From TPA_inf: Saccharomyces (Eukaryota), in contig BK006941.2 in the NCBI GenBank assembly GCA_000146045.2, forward strand, positions 608,001 through 672,000: a DNA stretch of 64,000 nucleotides, given 5' to 3'. Shown piece by piece: positions 11,859 through 22,800 of the stretch. Numbering within the stretch: the stretch's first letter is position 1; each line of letters starts with the position of its first letter. The notes beneath the pieces were generated by a model that was not told the DNA's origin, made no database searches, and was given only the letters and a program-made list of their open reading frames with translations. A program made the position numbers and the translations under genes.

Positions 11859-12920
11859 TATCTATTGATTTGTGTCGGTCCTTTTTTGAAAATTGAAACA
11901 AATGAAAAGGCGATTGCTCGTGGGTGTAGAGCCTTTATATATAGTTATGTTATAGCCGTAAGAGTCATGCAGATTTTTGGGAATGGCTATCATCAAACTT
12001 AGCCTTGCATCTCATATTTCGACTTTTTTTTTCATTTCACACATTTTTTTTTCCTTTCACAGTTGGGTGAAAGAGTCTCGGAGGCGGTACGGCGCTTTCT
12101 GTGTAAATCATCCTAAAGTGATTCATAATCTCAGAGCCATTTCGGGTGAACTAATGATGATTTTCTAGTAGACTACGGCAGTATCTTAGCTGACGCAATT
12201 GTAGCAATGGAGGCAATCATGTTAGTAAAGGACATTTTAGTTGTAGGAGCATAGGATCGACAGGCCATGTGAAAGGCGTACTAGCAAAGATTGAAGTAAT
12301 GAGAATAATTGACGATGATTTTAATTTGAGCTTTTCAATGCAGCCGAATTCAGCAGTAGTTGCAGAACCGGACTAACACTTGAAAAAATCCCACGAGCCA
12401 GCTGCCGTCTAAGGATATTGTAATAAAGTTGGGCTTAAACTAAAGTTTTTATATCTTGGTTGTAAGGTTGTAATCATTCGTCTCAAGAAGAACGTTGAGT
12501 AATCATTAGTCCTCCGCATAAGTAGGTTGCCAATAACTTGTTCAGCAATGATGGTTGCAGCATATCCTCGCTAACGTTTTACTTACCAAATATTTTTTGC
12601 TGGTGATTAAGAAAGCTTCTACCATAAGAACACTATGTCAATTTAAAGCAATAATGTTTTCCTGAGTGTTCTTGAGCCTCTGTAAACGAATCATCAATTC
12701 AAGTATTTTTATTTTATTGCAAGGATATCGCCAACTAATTATTAACCGGCACTAATGATAGAAATGTTTTTATTTCGAACTACAAAAAGGGCATACATGA
12801 CGTGGATATATGTAAAGGGTTACTAGTTTACTTATTGATGTAATATCAAGAACAATGTGCTTTTAAAAGAGACATGGTTGACGAGTAAACAAACATACAT
12901 TGGTAATTCTATAAGGGTCT

Positions 12921-13799
12921 TTAGGCAATTTCAAATCCACTTGAGTAGGTGTTCAATGCGTCGCAGTTGGTTGGAACGAGTTCGAGTTTTTGAAACAATT
13001 CACAAGCGGGATGATAGTAGTAGCCTTCCACTGAACCTGTTAGCTGGTCTAAACACACATAGTAAAATCCCTCAAATGACGCGCCTTCCAGATGATGATT
13101 ATCGTCCAACATCAGATTTTCTTGTTCCTCATCATCAAGTAGGAACCTTTCCTTCCATTTAAGATAAATATATCGTTGATTCATAAATTCTGCACTTTCA
13201 TGATTATACTGACCAAAATTTCTTTCCGTTAACGACCAGTTATCAGAACCAAAATGACCAAACCTCTTCCAATGAGAGCAATCACTTTCTCTCTGAGCCA
13301 TATAAGGGTCGAGCGTCTCCTCAGCGGGCCAATGCAGTGAACATAACGGGAATTGGTTATAATTGATGACATACCCTTCAAAAAGGGTAACAACTTTATC
13401 TAGGACTGGTGTTAAATTTTTAATAGTGAAAGTACCTGTGACATGCGGGTCCAAAGAACGCGAATCCTTGTAAAGTGGCAAGTTTACGGTATCAATCTTC
13501 ACTTCCACCGTATAATACGTGTACTTTGACGATTGCGAACCGCCAAATCTCAATCCTGGCCTCAAAAAATCTAAATGTCTACCAAGGGATCTGTAGGTAT
13601 ATTTAGCATTCTTACCCACTAAATTGGTCCCTTCCTCGTAAACATCACAGTCCTCTTCTTTTGCTTTGAAGTGAGGCAAACGTGTATCAGTTGAGGAGGG
13701 TAGAGAGACATAGGCCGAAGTATATATTTCTTCAATGTTGTCATTTCTTTTGGCCCTTTCTAGAATAAACTTTCTTCCCATGATATTCAGTGATGTCAT
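12921..13799 (-). CDS. GID10: Gid4/Vid24-paralogous substrate receptor of the GID ubiquitin ligase, 292 aa from the second in-frame ATG
   Basis: The ORF track gives 305 aa. I recall the annotated protein starting at MTSLNIMGRKF..., 13 codons downstream, and the CAT at 13797-13799 is that start on the minus strand. Beta-barrel Vid24-family sequence (YYTVEVK..., GFYY). Confidence 0.7.
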   Translation of the reverse strand: MTSLNIMGRKFILERAKRNDNIEEIYTSAYVSLPSSTDTRLPHFKAKEEDCDVYEEGTNLVGKNAKYTYRSLGRHLDFLRPGLRFGGSQSSKYTYYTVEVKIDTVNLPLYKDSRSLDPHVTGTFTIKNLTPVLDKVVTLFEGYVINYNQFPLCSLHWPAEETLDPYMAQRESDCSHWKRFGHFGSDNWSLTERNFGQYNHESAEFMNQRYIYLKWKERFLLDDEEQENLMLDDNHHLEGASFEGFYYVCLDQLTGSVEGYYYHPACELFQKLELVPTNCDALNTYSSGFEIA

Positions 13800-14371
13800 A
13801 CCTACAGTATATTTTAAATGAAAAGTCTCATAACACAATACGAAAGGATAAAGATAACTCGTCGATGGCCATCATGATTGCCCTTTTTATATGTTTTTAT
13901 CAAATATTAAACTAAACAACATATACAATTACATCATTTTTCCCTACTTTCTTTTTCTGTAATGGTTCATCGAAGCATTTTTAAGGGTGCCCTGAAGACT
14001 ATTGTTAAAAAAAGGTACCGCATACATTCGAACCATTACCAGAAAAAAGAGGGGTGAAAAGACATTCTAAATTTTGTTATCGAATGTGAACAGAACACTT
14101 AAGAAAACGCCAAGGTTAAGAAGGCCTTGAGAGTATTGATTAAGGCGCATGGAGCACAGGTAAACGCGAAAGACGTTTTGTACTTCCTTTTACTGAGCAC
14201 CTCTTACATGTAGTAGTAACCATCGCAGCGGAATAAGCACACAAAAAATGGTATTTACTTTTAGGCAAACTTGTGGGAAGTATTAAAATTATTATGTAGA
14301 TTTATGTATATCGTTTGTGGTTGTATTAAACTTTAATGTTATTAGTGTTGTTAACAACATTTCTTTGGCCA

Positions 14372-16786
14372 TTATTTTATTTGGCTAAAAATTTCAATGT
14401 TTTTACTTTGTTTATTGTCAGTTGAAGAAGCTGAGAATTCTTGTGATTCCATGTTTACCTGGGGTGGGACCACTATTGTTTGGACTAAATTGATATTGTT
14501 TCCTGTTGCCCTTAACAATGGTTGTTCCTTCTCTTGTTGCTTAGGGGCCGAGTTCACGTAGGTGTAATTACTCGTTGAGATAGGTTCAATGGCTTTTATA
14601 TCTAATGGGGGCAGGAGAATCTTATTACAGTTTGAATCTCTCTTTAGGAAATTAGGAGAGAGTGGCAAACATGATGCTACTGAAAACGATTTCATATCAG
14701 AAGCACCAGATAAAGAACCTCTTGAAGTCTTGCGAAACGGCTGTTGAAGAGCAAAACAAGACCAATTAGAGATATCAGTCAACAATGCTTTCGTCTGGTC
14801 ATTCAGGTGAGGGGAGTAGATTAAGTATGGGTAAAGAATATTATCTCTTAATGAAGATACAATAGCATGCAGTAGTATATGGTAAGCAATGAAGGAATCT
14901 GACCAAAAATCGAACAAAATGGAGTGTAAGTCTGTCACCAAGTTCTTTTGGTGTGTTATAATGTAGTCATTCACAAACACTTCAACCTTCTCAAATTCCT
15001 CTTTCTCTGTTGATGAAAGGTAGCTCTGACGTTGTACATAAATGGTATCGAACCAGAAATATAACATTAGGTGAACATTGGGGTTTACTAGTAATTGAGA
15101 TACTTGTGATGGTGAAACATCCGAGCTTGCAATTAACTCCGATGAAAACAATTTTAGTTGGAAGCTGACAATGTCGGTAATTAACTGAATATTCCTTGGG
15201 TTTAAAGATGCCAGCGTGAAAGACTTCAAATTAAGAAGCATTGATATGATTGATAAGTTCGTGGTGATCAAGGTTTCATCAACAAATGAGGAAGAATGAT
15301 GAAGTAAGCACGAGGTCGATACCTGTGGAAAGTTATCAATGAACCATATGTTCCTTGTGGTCCCATTTCTCAAAGTCAAGTTGTTGATGAATTCGAACCA
15401 AATCGTTTCCCACAATAACCAGTTACTTTTCGATTTGCAGTCCGTAATCCTGGCGTTCATAACGTTCGCAAATAAAGAGGGGTTTGCACTAGTTTCAGGT
15501 TTGATCGGCTGCTGCATTACGAAACATTCATTCAAGTAAACCAGCAAATCATGCACTCTAAAATCAGATGGCAGCTCTTGCGGATAAGTCTTCTTTATTA
15601 TAAAATACACGTACGCGGAATCTGCCAAAATATTGATATGCTTTAAAGTTAAGTCAGTAGTGGACATTGACGGTCCCTTGTATATGAAGTCCTTAAGTGG
15701 ATTAGACGAAATAAACTCTTGATTGACGAACCAACCAAATATTAGTAAAGAATCGTTGTTGAAGTTGTTTGAATCGCGCAAGATATTGACCCATAGATCG
15801 AATATGAACCATGCATTTTCCTTACTATTCAAATAATGGTAACTGGAGGATGCCACGGTGAATGGCTTCAGAATATCTTGAAGCATTGAAAACACATCGA
15901 ACTTTTTAATGGAATTAGAAACAGGAATGTTATTCTCCAACATTACTAGAAGAGAATAAAATAGAATCAAGGCAAAAACATCATGTTGCTCTGTCTGTGA
16001 CAAAATGTCCTCAGTGTCAAAGTCATTGTCATGTTTAGATGAGCTAGCATACAAATTCGTACAACAGATAAACCATAGTTTTTGAGAATCTTGATTTAAC
16101 GAAATGGACATACCCAGACAAGCTATTATGAGACCAAAAGGCTTGTTAATCCAAAAACTTTCCACCAGCTCGTCATTTTGTAGTGATGAGAACAGGTCTG
16201 GAAAGAAATTTTGGAAGATCTTATTTTCTACCAAGTGGCTTACACCCATTCTGAAGAAAGTTAGAATATCTCTTGAGCTAATAAAATCTAATGAATATTC
16301 TTGCAAAATTTTTACACTGATGGAGGACTCCAACCGGCTTTTAACCTGCTTAAAGCGGCTTTTCCCTTTCTTTAAACTAGAGGACTCCTTCCCAATCACA
16401 CAACGTTGCTGCTTATCCATTTTTTCAACATTACTACTATGATAGTGAATATTGATAAGGCCGCTGTTGACCTTAATCATCGAATTAACGAGTGTTTCCA
16501 TTTTGATATCTCTGGGTGAAGTCGAATCAACGTCACCAACGCCAAGTGATACAGGGATATCAGCCTTATCGCCTGTCATTGACGCGTAACTGGATAAGAG
16601 GAAGGTTCTGTGGACAGTCCTGATGTGTCGCTGTAAGAGATCGCGTCTAACAAAAGAGTGTTTACAGACTTGGCACTGGAAAGGCTTCACGCCCGCATGA
16701 GACCTTTCATGCCTTATCTTGTGCTCGGATCTCGAGAAAGGCTTCAAACAAAAGGAACATATATATTTTTTTTGACCCGCAGCCAT
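14372..16786 (-). CDS. Adr1-like C2H2 zinc-finger transcription factor (YGR067C), about 804 aa from the MAAGQKKY start
   Basis: Two tandem C2H2 fingers directly after the start (YICSFCLKPFSRSEHKIRHERSH ... FQCQVCKHSFVRRDLLQRHIRTVH) resemble Adr1. The ORF track extends 34 codons further upstream to an ATG at 16886-16888. The shorter start is chosen by homology to the Adr1 N-terminus. Confidence 0.75.
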   Translation of the reverse strand: MAAGQKKYICSFCLKPFSRSEHKIRHERSHAGVKPFQCQVCKHSFVRRDLLQRHIRTVHRTFLLSSYASMTGDKADIPVSLGVGDVDSTSPRDIKMETLVNSMIKVNSGLINIHYHSSNVEKMDKQQRCVIGKESSSLKKGKSRFKQVKSRLESSISVKILQEYSLDFISSRDILTFFRMGVSHLVENKIFQNFFPDLFSSLQNDELVESFWINKPFGLIIACLGMSISLNQDSQKLWFICCTNLYASSSKHDNDFDTEDILSQTEQHDVFALILFYSLLVMLENNIPVSNSIKKFDVFSMLQDILKPFTVASSSYHYLNSKENAWFIFDLWVNILRDSNNFNNDSLLIFGWFVNQEFISSNPLKDFIYKGPSMSTTDLTLKHINILADSAYVYFIIKKTYPQELPSDFRVHDLLVYLNECFVMQQPIKPETSANPSLFANVMNARITDCKSKSNWLLWETIWFEFINNLTLRNGTTRNIWFIDNFPQVSTSCLLHHSSSFVDETLITTNLSIISMLLNLKSFTLASLNPRNIQLITDIVSFQLKLFSSELIASSDVSPSQVSQLLVNPNVHLMLYFWFDTIYVQRQSYLSSTEKEEFEKVEVFVNDYIITHQKNLVTDLHSILFDFWSDSFIAYHILLHAIVSSLRDNILYPYLIYSPHLNDQTKALLTDISNWSCFALQQPFRKTSRGSLSGASDMKSFSVASCLPLSPNFLKRDSNCNKILLPPLDIKAIEPISTSNYTYVNSAPKQQEKEQPLLRATGNNINLVQTIVVPPQVNMESQEFSASSTDNKQSKNIEIFSQIK

Positions 16787-17323
16787 AGCAGTGATAATGC
16801 AAATACAATTACTGTATATCAACAATTGTCTTCTCCCGAGAGAAGGTTTTAAATAAAAGCGACAAGTAAAGCTCTTAAGCCATGCCAACTGGCATGAAGA
16901 AGAACCGAAAAAGAAGAAATAGAAAGCAGAAAAATGTAAAACTAAACTTTATAAGTACTTTGAAGATGCGTTCTATATAAATATGTGGGGTTAAGTGAAC
17001 ATGACTCGAAATCTATAATGCAGCGATTACGATAAGTATCCACATTAAACGTCAATTATTTTGCGTTGTAAGCATATGCGCGGGGGAGGGGGCGCACCCT
17101 TGAAGTGCAGTCTGTCTATCATATTACTGAACCATTTCCTTCGCTTGACTTACATCATTGGCAACACATGCCTGGATCGCTTTAGCGGCTACCTTTAGTC
17201 CATATTTTCTTCTATTACCAGATCCCATCATCCCCCTTTGTCCGATTGACGACCATTTTGCCGCGGACGATCGGAGGGGATTGCCAACGCGGGGTAGCCG
17301 ACTCGGGGCGCCGAGAGCGGGGA

Positions 17324-19084
17324 TCAGTCATCGTCGCAGTAAGCGGGTACGGACCCTGTCACGTAAGACGATGCCGATGCCTGCGCCTGCGCCTGCTCGT
17401 ATGACGGCACTGTCAGTACCACCGAATCGGCGCCGAGCGGCTGTAGCGCCGGCATGAGATGATCGTTGGTGCTCTCGTGATAATTCGGTGGCGGTTGTGG
17501 CAGCGCGAGGTGCGCCGTTGTAGTGGAGTTCAGTTCAACGCCTGGAGTCAGACCCTGCGCGGGGTAAGTGGTTAAAAAAAGGGGTACTAATTCGCCAGGG
17601 CGGAAGTGGATCTTGCCATCGTGTTTATCAAACAACACTAGACGGCCTTTCATAGGCAGATGCGGCGAAATAAATAATAACATAGGTAATTGCGCCTTGA
17701 TCTCCAGGTTCTTGTATTCGCCATCCACTTGACGTTGTAAAAGAATACGTACCTGCAATTTGTGCATGACACGGATTAGGTTGTCTTGCAGACAGCAGTC
17801 TTGAGTTATTTGTTTGAGGTTATCTGGAATTGTAAAGGGACAATCGACGTCAAGTTTGTCCGTCAGCGGGCCGAAGTCCGCTAGATGAGTAATTTTCATG
17901 ACGGCTATTTCATCATCATAAATTTGTGCGCTGCTGTCCTTCATTGCGTAATATTGGATTAGCGCCATTTCTATCCTATCCAAACGAATGTTCTTTTCGA
18001 AGGGGAAAATCTTAATCTTCACGGGGGTTGTGCTACCAATAGGAACAGCCCTACTCGGGATGGACGTTTCGTATTGCAACTTGTCACGCCAAGTATTACC
18101 CACGCTAATTTCTTCTTGCATGGCAAGATTGTCCATCGATAATGTACGAAGGATTCTGAGATACTTGAACTTTTTGATGATAATTTTATTCTTCGTTCTC
18201 ATACCATTGCCGCTCGTACTTGTGCTACCGATTGGACCGTGAGGAGAAGTATGAACGCTCAGATCAGTATCCCATAACTGACGTCCATCTATAATGGCTT
18301 CAAAGGAATACAGTATGCTACCACTTTGTAGTCCCTCGATTGTTTCGCACACTTCTGGGGGGAGCATTGTATTGAAGGGTAGTTCGTAGTTGCCTCTTTT
18401 CATTAGGAATAAGTACGAACTTCCAGACCCGTCTCTGTTACTATAACTATGGCTATTGTTATTGAGGGTGTTACTACTACTGCTTCTACTACGGGCGTTT
18501 TCTCTTAAACCCTCGAAAGGGGTTCCTGTAACACCATTTTCTGGTAGCTCTAGTATTTTTCTGTGGGAAGAATGGGTCTTTCTTCGAATTATTTTGTTGA
18601 AAACAGGGCTCGAAAGTGATCTCTTGCTTAGAAATATTGCGTTGCCGCTGGTGTCCATATCTTGGTTGCTTGTACTGCGACCGCTACTACTGTTATGTTG
18701 ATTTTCCGCATTTTCCCCACCGACTAAAACATCCCCTTTTGAAGAAACCAATAAGTTGTCCCAATAGCATTCGAAAATCTTACGCTTTTCCTTAACTAGA
18801 CTTGCCAAACTACTGCTATTCTTCTTATATCGGCCAACTTGCAAAAACTCCAATTTGAATCTTCCTACCAATCTCAGCGAAATTTTCTTCACTACGATCT
18901 CATTTTTCACTGAAATCACTAAGTTTCCTGATAAAGGTATAGACGACAGTTCCAACGGTGACCCTTGGATCAAAATTATGTCCTTGTACGGGGAGTTTAT
19001 TCTAATATCAAAATAACTTATTCTCTCTCTTTCCTTCTGCTCTGAATGCCCACCGCTGCTAGATAGCGAACTAAGTGAAAACAT
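17324..19084 (-). CDS. ART5: Arrestin-related trafficking adaptor, 586 aa
   Basis: Arrestin N and C domains (the window shows ...ISVKNEIVVKKISLRLVGRF...), Ser/Asn-rich linkers, and a C-terminus with PPxY-like PPNY and PSY motifs for Rsp5 binding. Confidence 0.85.
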   Translation of the reverse strand: MFSLSSLSSSGGHSEQKERERISYFDIRINSPYKDIILIQGSPLELSSIPLSGNLVISVKNEIVVKKISLRLVGRFKLEFLQVGRYKKNSSSLASLVKEKRKIFECYWDNLLVSSKGDVLVGGENAENQHNSSSGRSTSNQDMDTSGNAIFLSKRSLSSPVFNKIIRRKTHSSHRKILELPENGVTGTPFEGLRENARSRSSSSNTLNNNSHSYSNRDGSGSSYLFLMKRGNYELPFNTMLPPEVCETIEGLQSGSILYSFEAIIDGRQLWDTDLSVHTSPHGPIGSTSTSGNGMRTKNKIIIKKFKYLRILRTLSMDNLAMQEEISVGNTWRDKLQYETSIPSRAVPIGSTTPVKIKIFPFEKNIRLDRIEMALIQYYAMKDSSAQIYDDEIAVMKITHLADFGPLTDKLDVDCPFTIPDNLKQITQDCCLQDNLIRVMHKLQVRILLQRQVDGEYKNLEIKAQLPMLLFISPHLPMKGRLVLFDKHDGKIHFRPGELVPLFLTTYPAQGLTPGVELNSTTTAHLALPQPPPNYHESTNDHLMPALQPLGADSVVLTVPSYEQAQAQASASSYVTGSVPAYCDDD

Positions 19085-19184
19085 GGTCTTGCTTCACCCT
19101 ATTCTCGCCGAGAGCTGTACAAGATATTTTTTACTTTTGCCATCTTATACTCATCCTAATCATCTGTTTCATTTTCCTTCTATT

Positions 19185-19216
<32 letters not shown>

Positions 19217-19418
19217 CAGTTTTCGAAGAAACTGCCTTTTTAGAATTGTAAAAGACGAAGTGAAGTATTCAGGAGTATATTATTACATACATACAAAGCA
19301 AGACAAAGAAACATTTTTAGATCTAACATTTTACTTCAATTGTTTTTGTATTCCTTATAATAAGAAAGACCTGCTGTTTAATGTGGGAGTAATCCGTCCC
19401 CTACTCGATCTTCAATAA
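19083..19418 (+). other. Dubious ORF (corresponds to YGR069W) spanning the ART5 start and the T30 tract
   Basis: Its translation includes FFFFFFFFFFFF from the poly-T tract. No coding signal. Confidence 0.25.
19187..19216 (+). repeat. Homopolymeric poly(dT) tract of 30 bp (poly(dA) with respect to ART5)
   Basis: 30 consecutive T, about 100 bp upstream of the ART5 start codon. It is a nucleosome-excluding promoter element and is likely length-polymorphic. Confidence 0.9.
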
Positions 19419-19805
19419 ATTGTCATCTTGTATCTAAAGGAGCGCTCCAGTACTCCAATTAAGCACCACCTAGTGCGTCTAGTGTCGATTTTTTTTTCAC
19501 GCATACGTTTGTATGTTTCTTAAATTTCCCATGATTTTTTGTTGCCAATGTCATATCTACAAACTCTATACGAAAGTAAACGCACTTCATCTTTTTTGCC
19601 CTAAAACGGCAATATTTAGACATATCATAAGGGGCCCAAGGGAGAATCGTTAATTTTAAACTTTTCTTTGCTCTTGAATGAAAAAGTAAATAAATAAAAC
19701 TAAATCAAAAAAAAGAACGCCACGTTTGAATTTTAAAGCAAAAATTTTGTTGATTTAGTAATGATATAAATAAAACCAAGTCGTTGGTAAGAATTTGGTT
19801 AGGTT

Positions 19806-22800
19806 ATGAATAGTAATGAACTGGATCTAAGAAATAAATATTTTTATGAGATATTCGGTAAGAAAAGAAAATCAGATACTTCAACCCCTACTCAGTTGTT
19901 CTCCGGCTCCAAAGTTCAGACAAACATCAATGAAATTTCTATCACTAACGATGAGGATGAAGATAGTACTGAAGATGAAAATAAGGCTTCATTGAAGGAT
20001 TATACACTAGGGCACGACACCGGTGCACGGTATAGGATAGCACCGGACTGTTCTTCCCACCAATTAAAGGCATCTCCTGTCCTACATATTTCAACAAACC
20101 TTAATTCAAGTCCACAATCCTTCACAGGCGATCAGATTTCACCTACTAATAAAAAAATTTCAATAAATGATTCGACCAGACAAGATAAAGGTAACAGTTG
20201 CACTACCACTTCATCACCTTCTCAAAAAAGATCGAATGTTTTGCTTCCTCACGTAAGAAAACATTCATCTCCTTCACTATTATCATTTTCCAAAAACAGT
20301 GGCAGTCATATGGGGGATCCAAACCAGCTATCTACGCCTCCAACTCCCAAAAGTGCAGGTCACACGATGGAGTTACACAGTTCATTCAATGGAAAACATA
20401 GTTCTTCTAGCACCTCTTCTTTATTTGCATTAGAGTCACTGAAAACCCAAAATAGACGCTCATCAAACTCTTCCAATCATTCTAGTCAATATCGACGCCA
20501 TACTAATCAACACCAACGTCATCATTCAAGGTCCAAATCAAGTCCTGTCTCTCTGACGGAAATATCCATGATCAAAGGCACGCCTTTGGTTTATCCTGCA
20601 CTTTTATCACTAATAGCAATTAAATTCAAACAGACCATCAAATTGAGCACGCATAAAAAGATGGGGTTACTTTACAGAGATTCCTTTACAGGAAAACAAG
20701 CAATTGATACTTTATGCTTGATCATAGGAAGCTTAGATCGTAATTTGGGCATGTTGATCGGAAAATCGCTGGAAGCTCAAAAATTGTTCCATGACGTACT
20801 TTATGACCATGGCGTAAGAGATTCTGTACTGGAGATTTACGAGTTATCTTCAGAATCAATTTTTATGGCACATCAGTCGCAGAGTTCTACTTCAATTGCC
20901 AACACATTTTCTTCATCATCTTCTTCAGTTAATTCGCTCCGTACTAAAACTGAAATATATGGTGTTTTTGTCCCATTGACACATTGTTATTCCTCTACAT
21001 GCTCTCTGGAAAAACTTTGCTACTCTATTTCTTGCCCCAATCGTTTGCAACAACAGGCTAATTTACATTTAAAATTAGGTGGTGGTCTTAAGAGAAATAT
21101 TTCGTTAGCACTCGATAAGGAGGATGATGAACGAATTTCCTGGACAAATTCTGTACCAAAGAGCGTATGGGAATCATTATCCAAACAACAAATCAAAAGG
21201 CAGGAGGCAATATATGAGTTGTTTACTACAGAAAAGAAGTTTGTAAAATCTTTGGAAATCATCCGAGATACTTTCATGAAGAAATTATTAGAAACGAATA
21301 TTATTCCATCTGATGTAAGGATAAATTTTGTAAAGCACGTTTTCGCACATATCAATGAAATATATTCTGTCAATAGAGAATTTTTGAAGGCTTTAGCACA
21401 AAGGCAATCATTAAGCCCAATTTGTCCTGGAATTGCAGATATATTTTTGCAGTATCTTCCTTTCTTTGATCCTTTTCTGTCATACATAGCATCAAGACCA
21501 TACGCAAAGTATCTAATTGAAACCCAAAGATCAGTTAATCCCAATTTTGCTCGTTTTGACGATGAAGTGTCTAATTCTTCCCTGAGGCATGGGATCGATT
21601 CATTCCTATCTCAGGGTGTTTCAAGACCTGGTAGATATTCACTGTTGGTAAGAGAAATAATACACTTCTCGGACCCAGTAACAGACAAAGATGATCTACA
21701 AATGCTAATGAAAGTCCAAGATCTTTTAAAGGATCTAATGAAAAGGATTGATAGAGCAAGCGGTGCAGCACAAGATCGTTATGACGTTAAAGTGTTAAAG
21801 CAGAAAATTCTATTCAAAAATGAATACGTTAATCTGGGTTTGAATAACGAAAAAAGGAAAATCAAGCATGAAGGTTTACTCTCAAGGAAGGACGTGAACA
21901 AAACAGATGCGTCCTTTTCAGGAGACATTCAATTTTACCTACTCGACAATATGCTATTATTCTTGAAATCAAAAGCTGTAAACAAGTGGCACCAACACAC
22001 TGTATTTCAGAGACCAATTCCACTCCCTTTACTGTTTATTTGTCCGGCTGAGGATATGCCACCCATAAAAAGATATGTGACAGAAAACCCAAATTGCTCA
22101 GCGGGTGTGCTCTTACCCCAATATCAAACGAGCAATCCCAAGAATGCTATTGTATTCGCCTATTACGGTACGAAACAACAATATCAAGTTACTTTGTACG
22201 CGCCGCAGCCGGCCGGATTACAGACATTAATAGAAAAGGTGAAACAAGAGCAAAAAAGGCTCCTTGATGAAACTAAACATATTACTTTTAAGCAAATGGT
22301 AGGTCAATTCTTTCACTCATACATAAATACTAATCGCGTCAACGATGTCCTAATCTGTCATGCTGGTAAAATTTTATTGGTTGCAACAAATATGGGACTC
22401 TTTGTTCTTAATTATGCTACATCGATCAATCAAAAACCAGTGCACCTTCTGCACAAAATATCAATTTCACAGATCTCTGTATTGGAAGAATATAAAGTTA
22501 TGATTCTTCTAATTGACAAAAAACTGTACGGCTGTCCTTTAGACGTAATCGACGATGCAGAAAATGCAGATTTTCTTTTCAGAAAAAATTCTAAAGTGTT
22601 ATTTAAATATGTTGCAATGTTCAAAGACGGTTTCTGTAATGGTAAAAGAATCATTATGATTGCACATCATTTTTTGCACGCCGTACAATTATTGATTGTT
22701 AATCCTTTGATATTTGATTTTAATAGCGGTAATTTTAAAAAAAACCTAAAGGCAGGCTTGGTAGATTTTAGCGTTGATTCTGAACCTCTGTCCTTTTCTT

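Noticed and set aside
17158-17457. A 99-aa Ala/Arg/Pro-rich ORF antisense to the ART5 3' end
   Set aside because: It is a by-product of the local GC-rich composition (GC-rich DNA is depleted in stop codons). It lies fully inside ART5 on the other strand.
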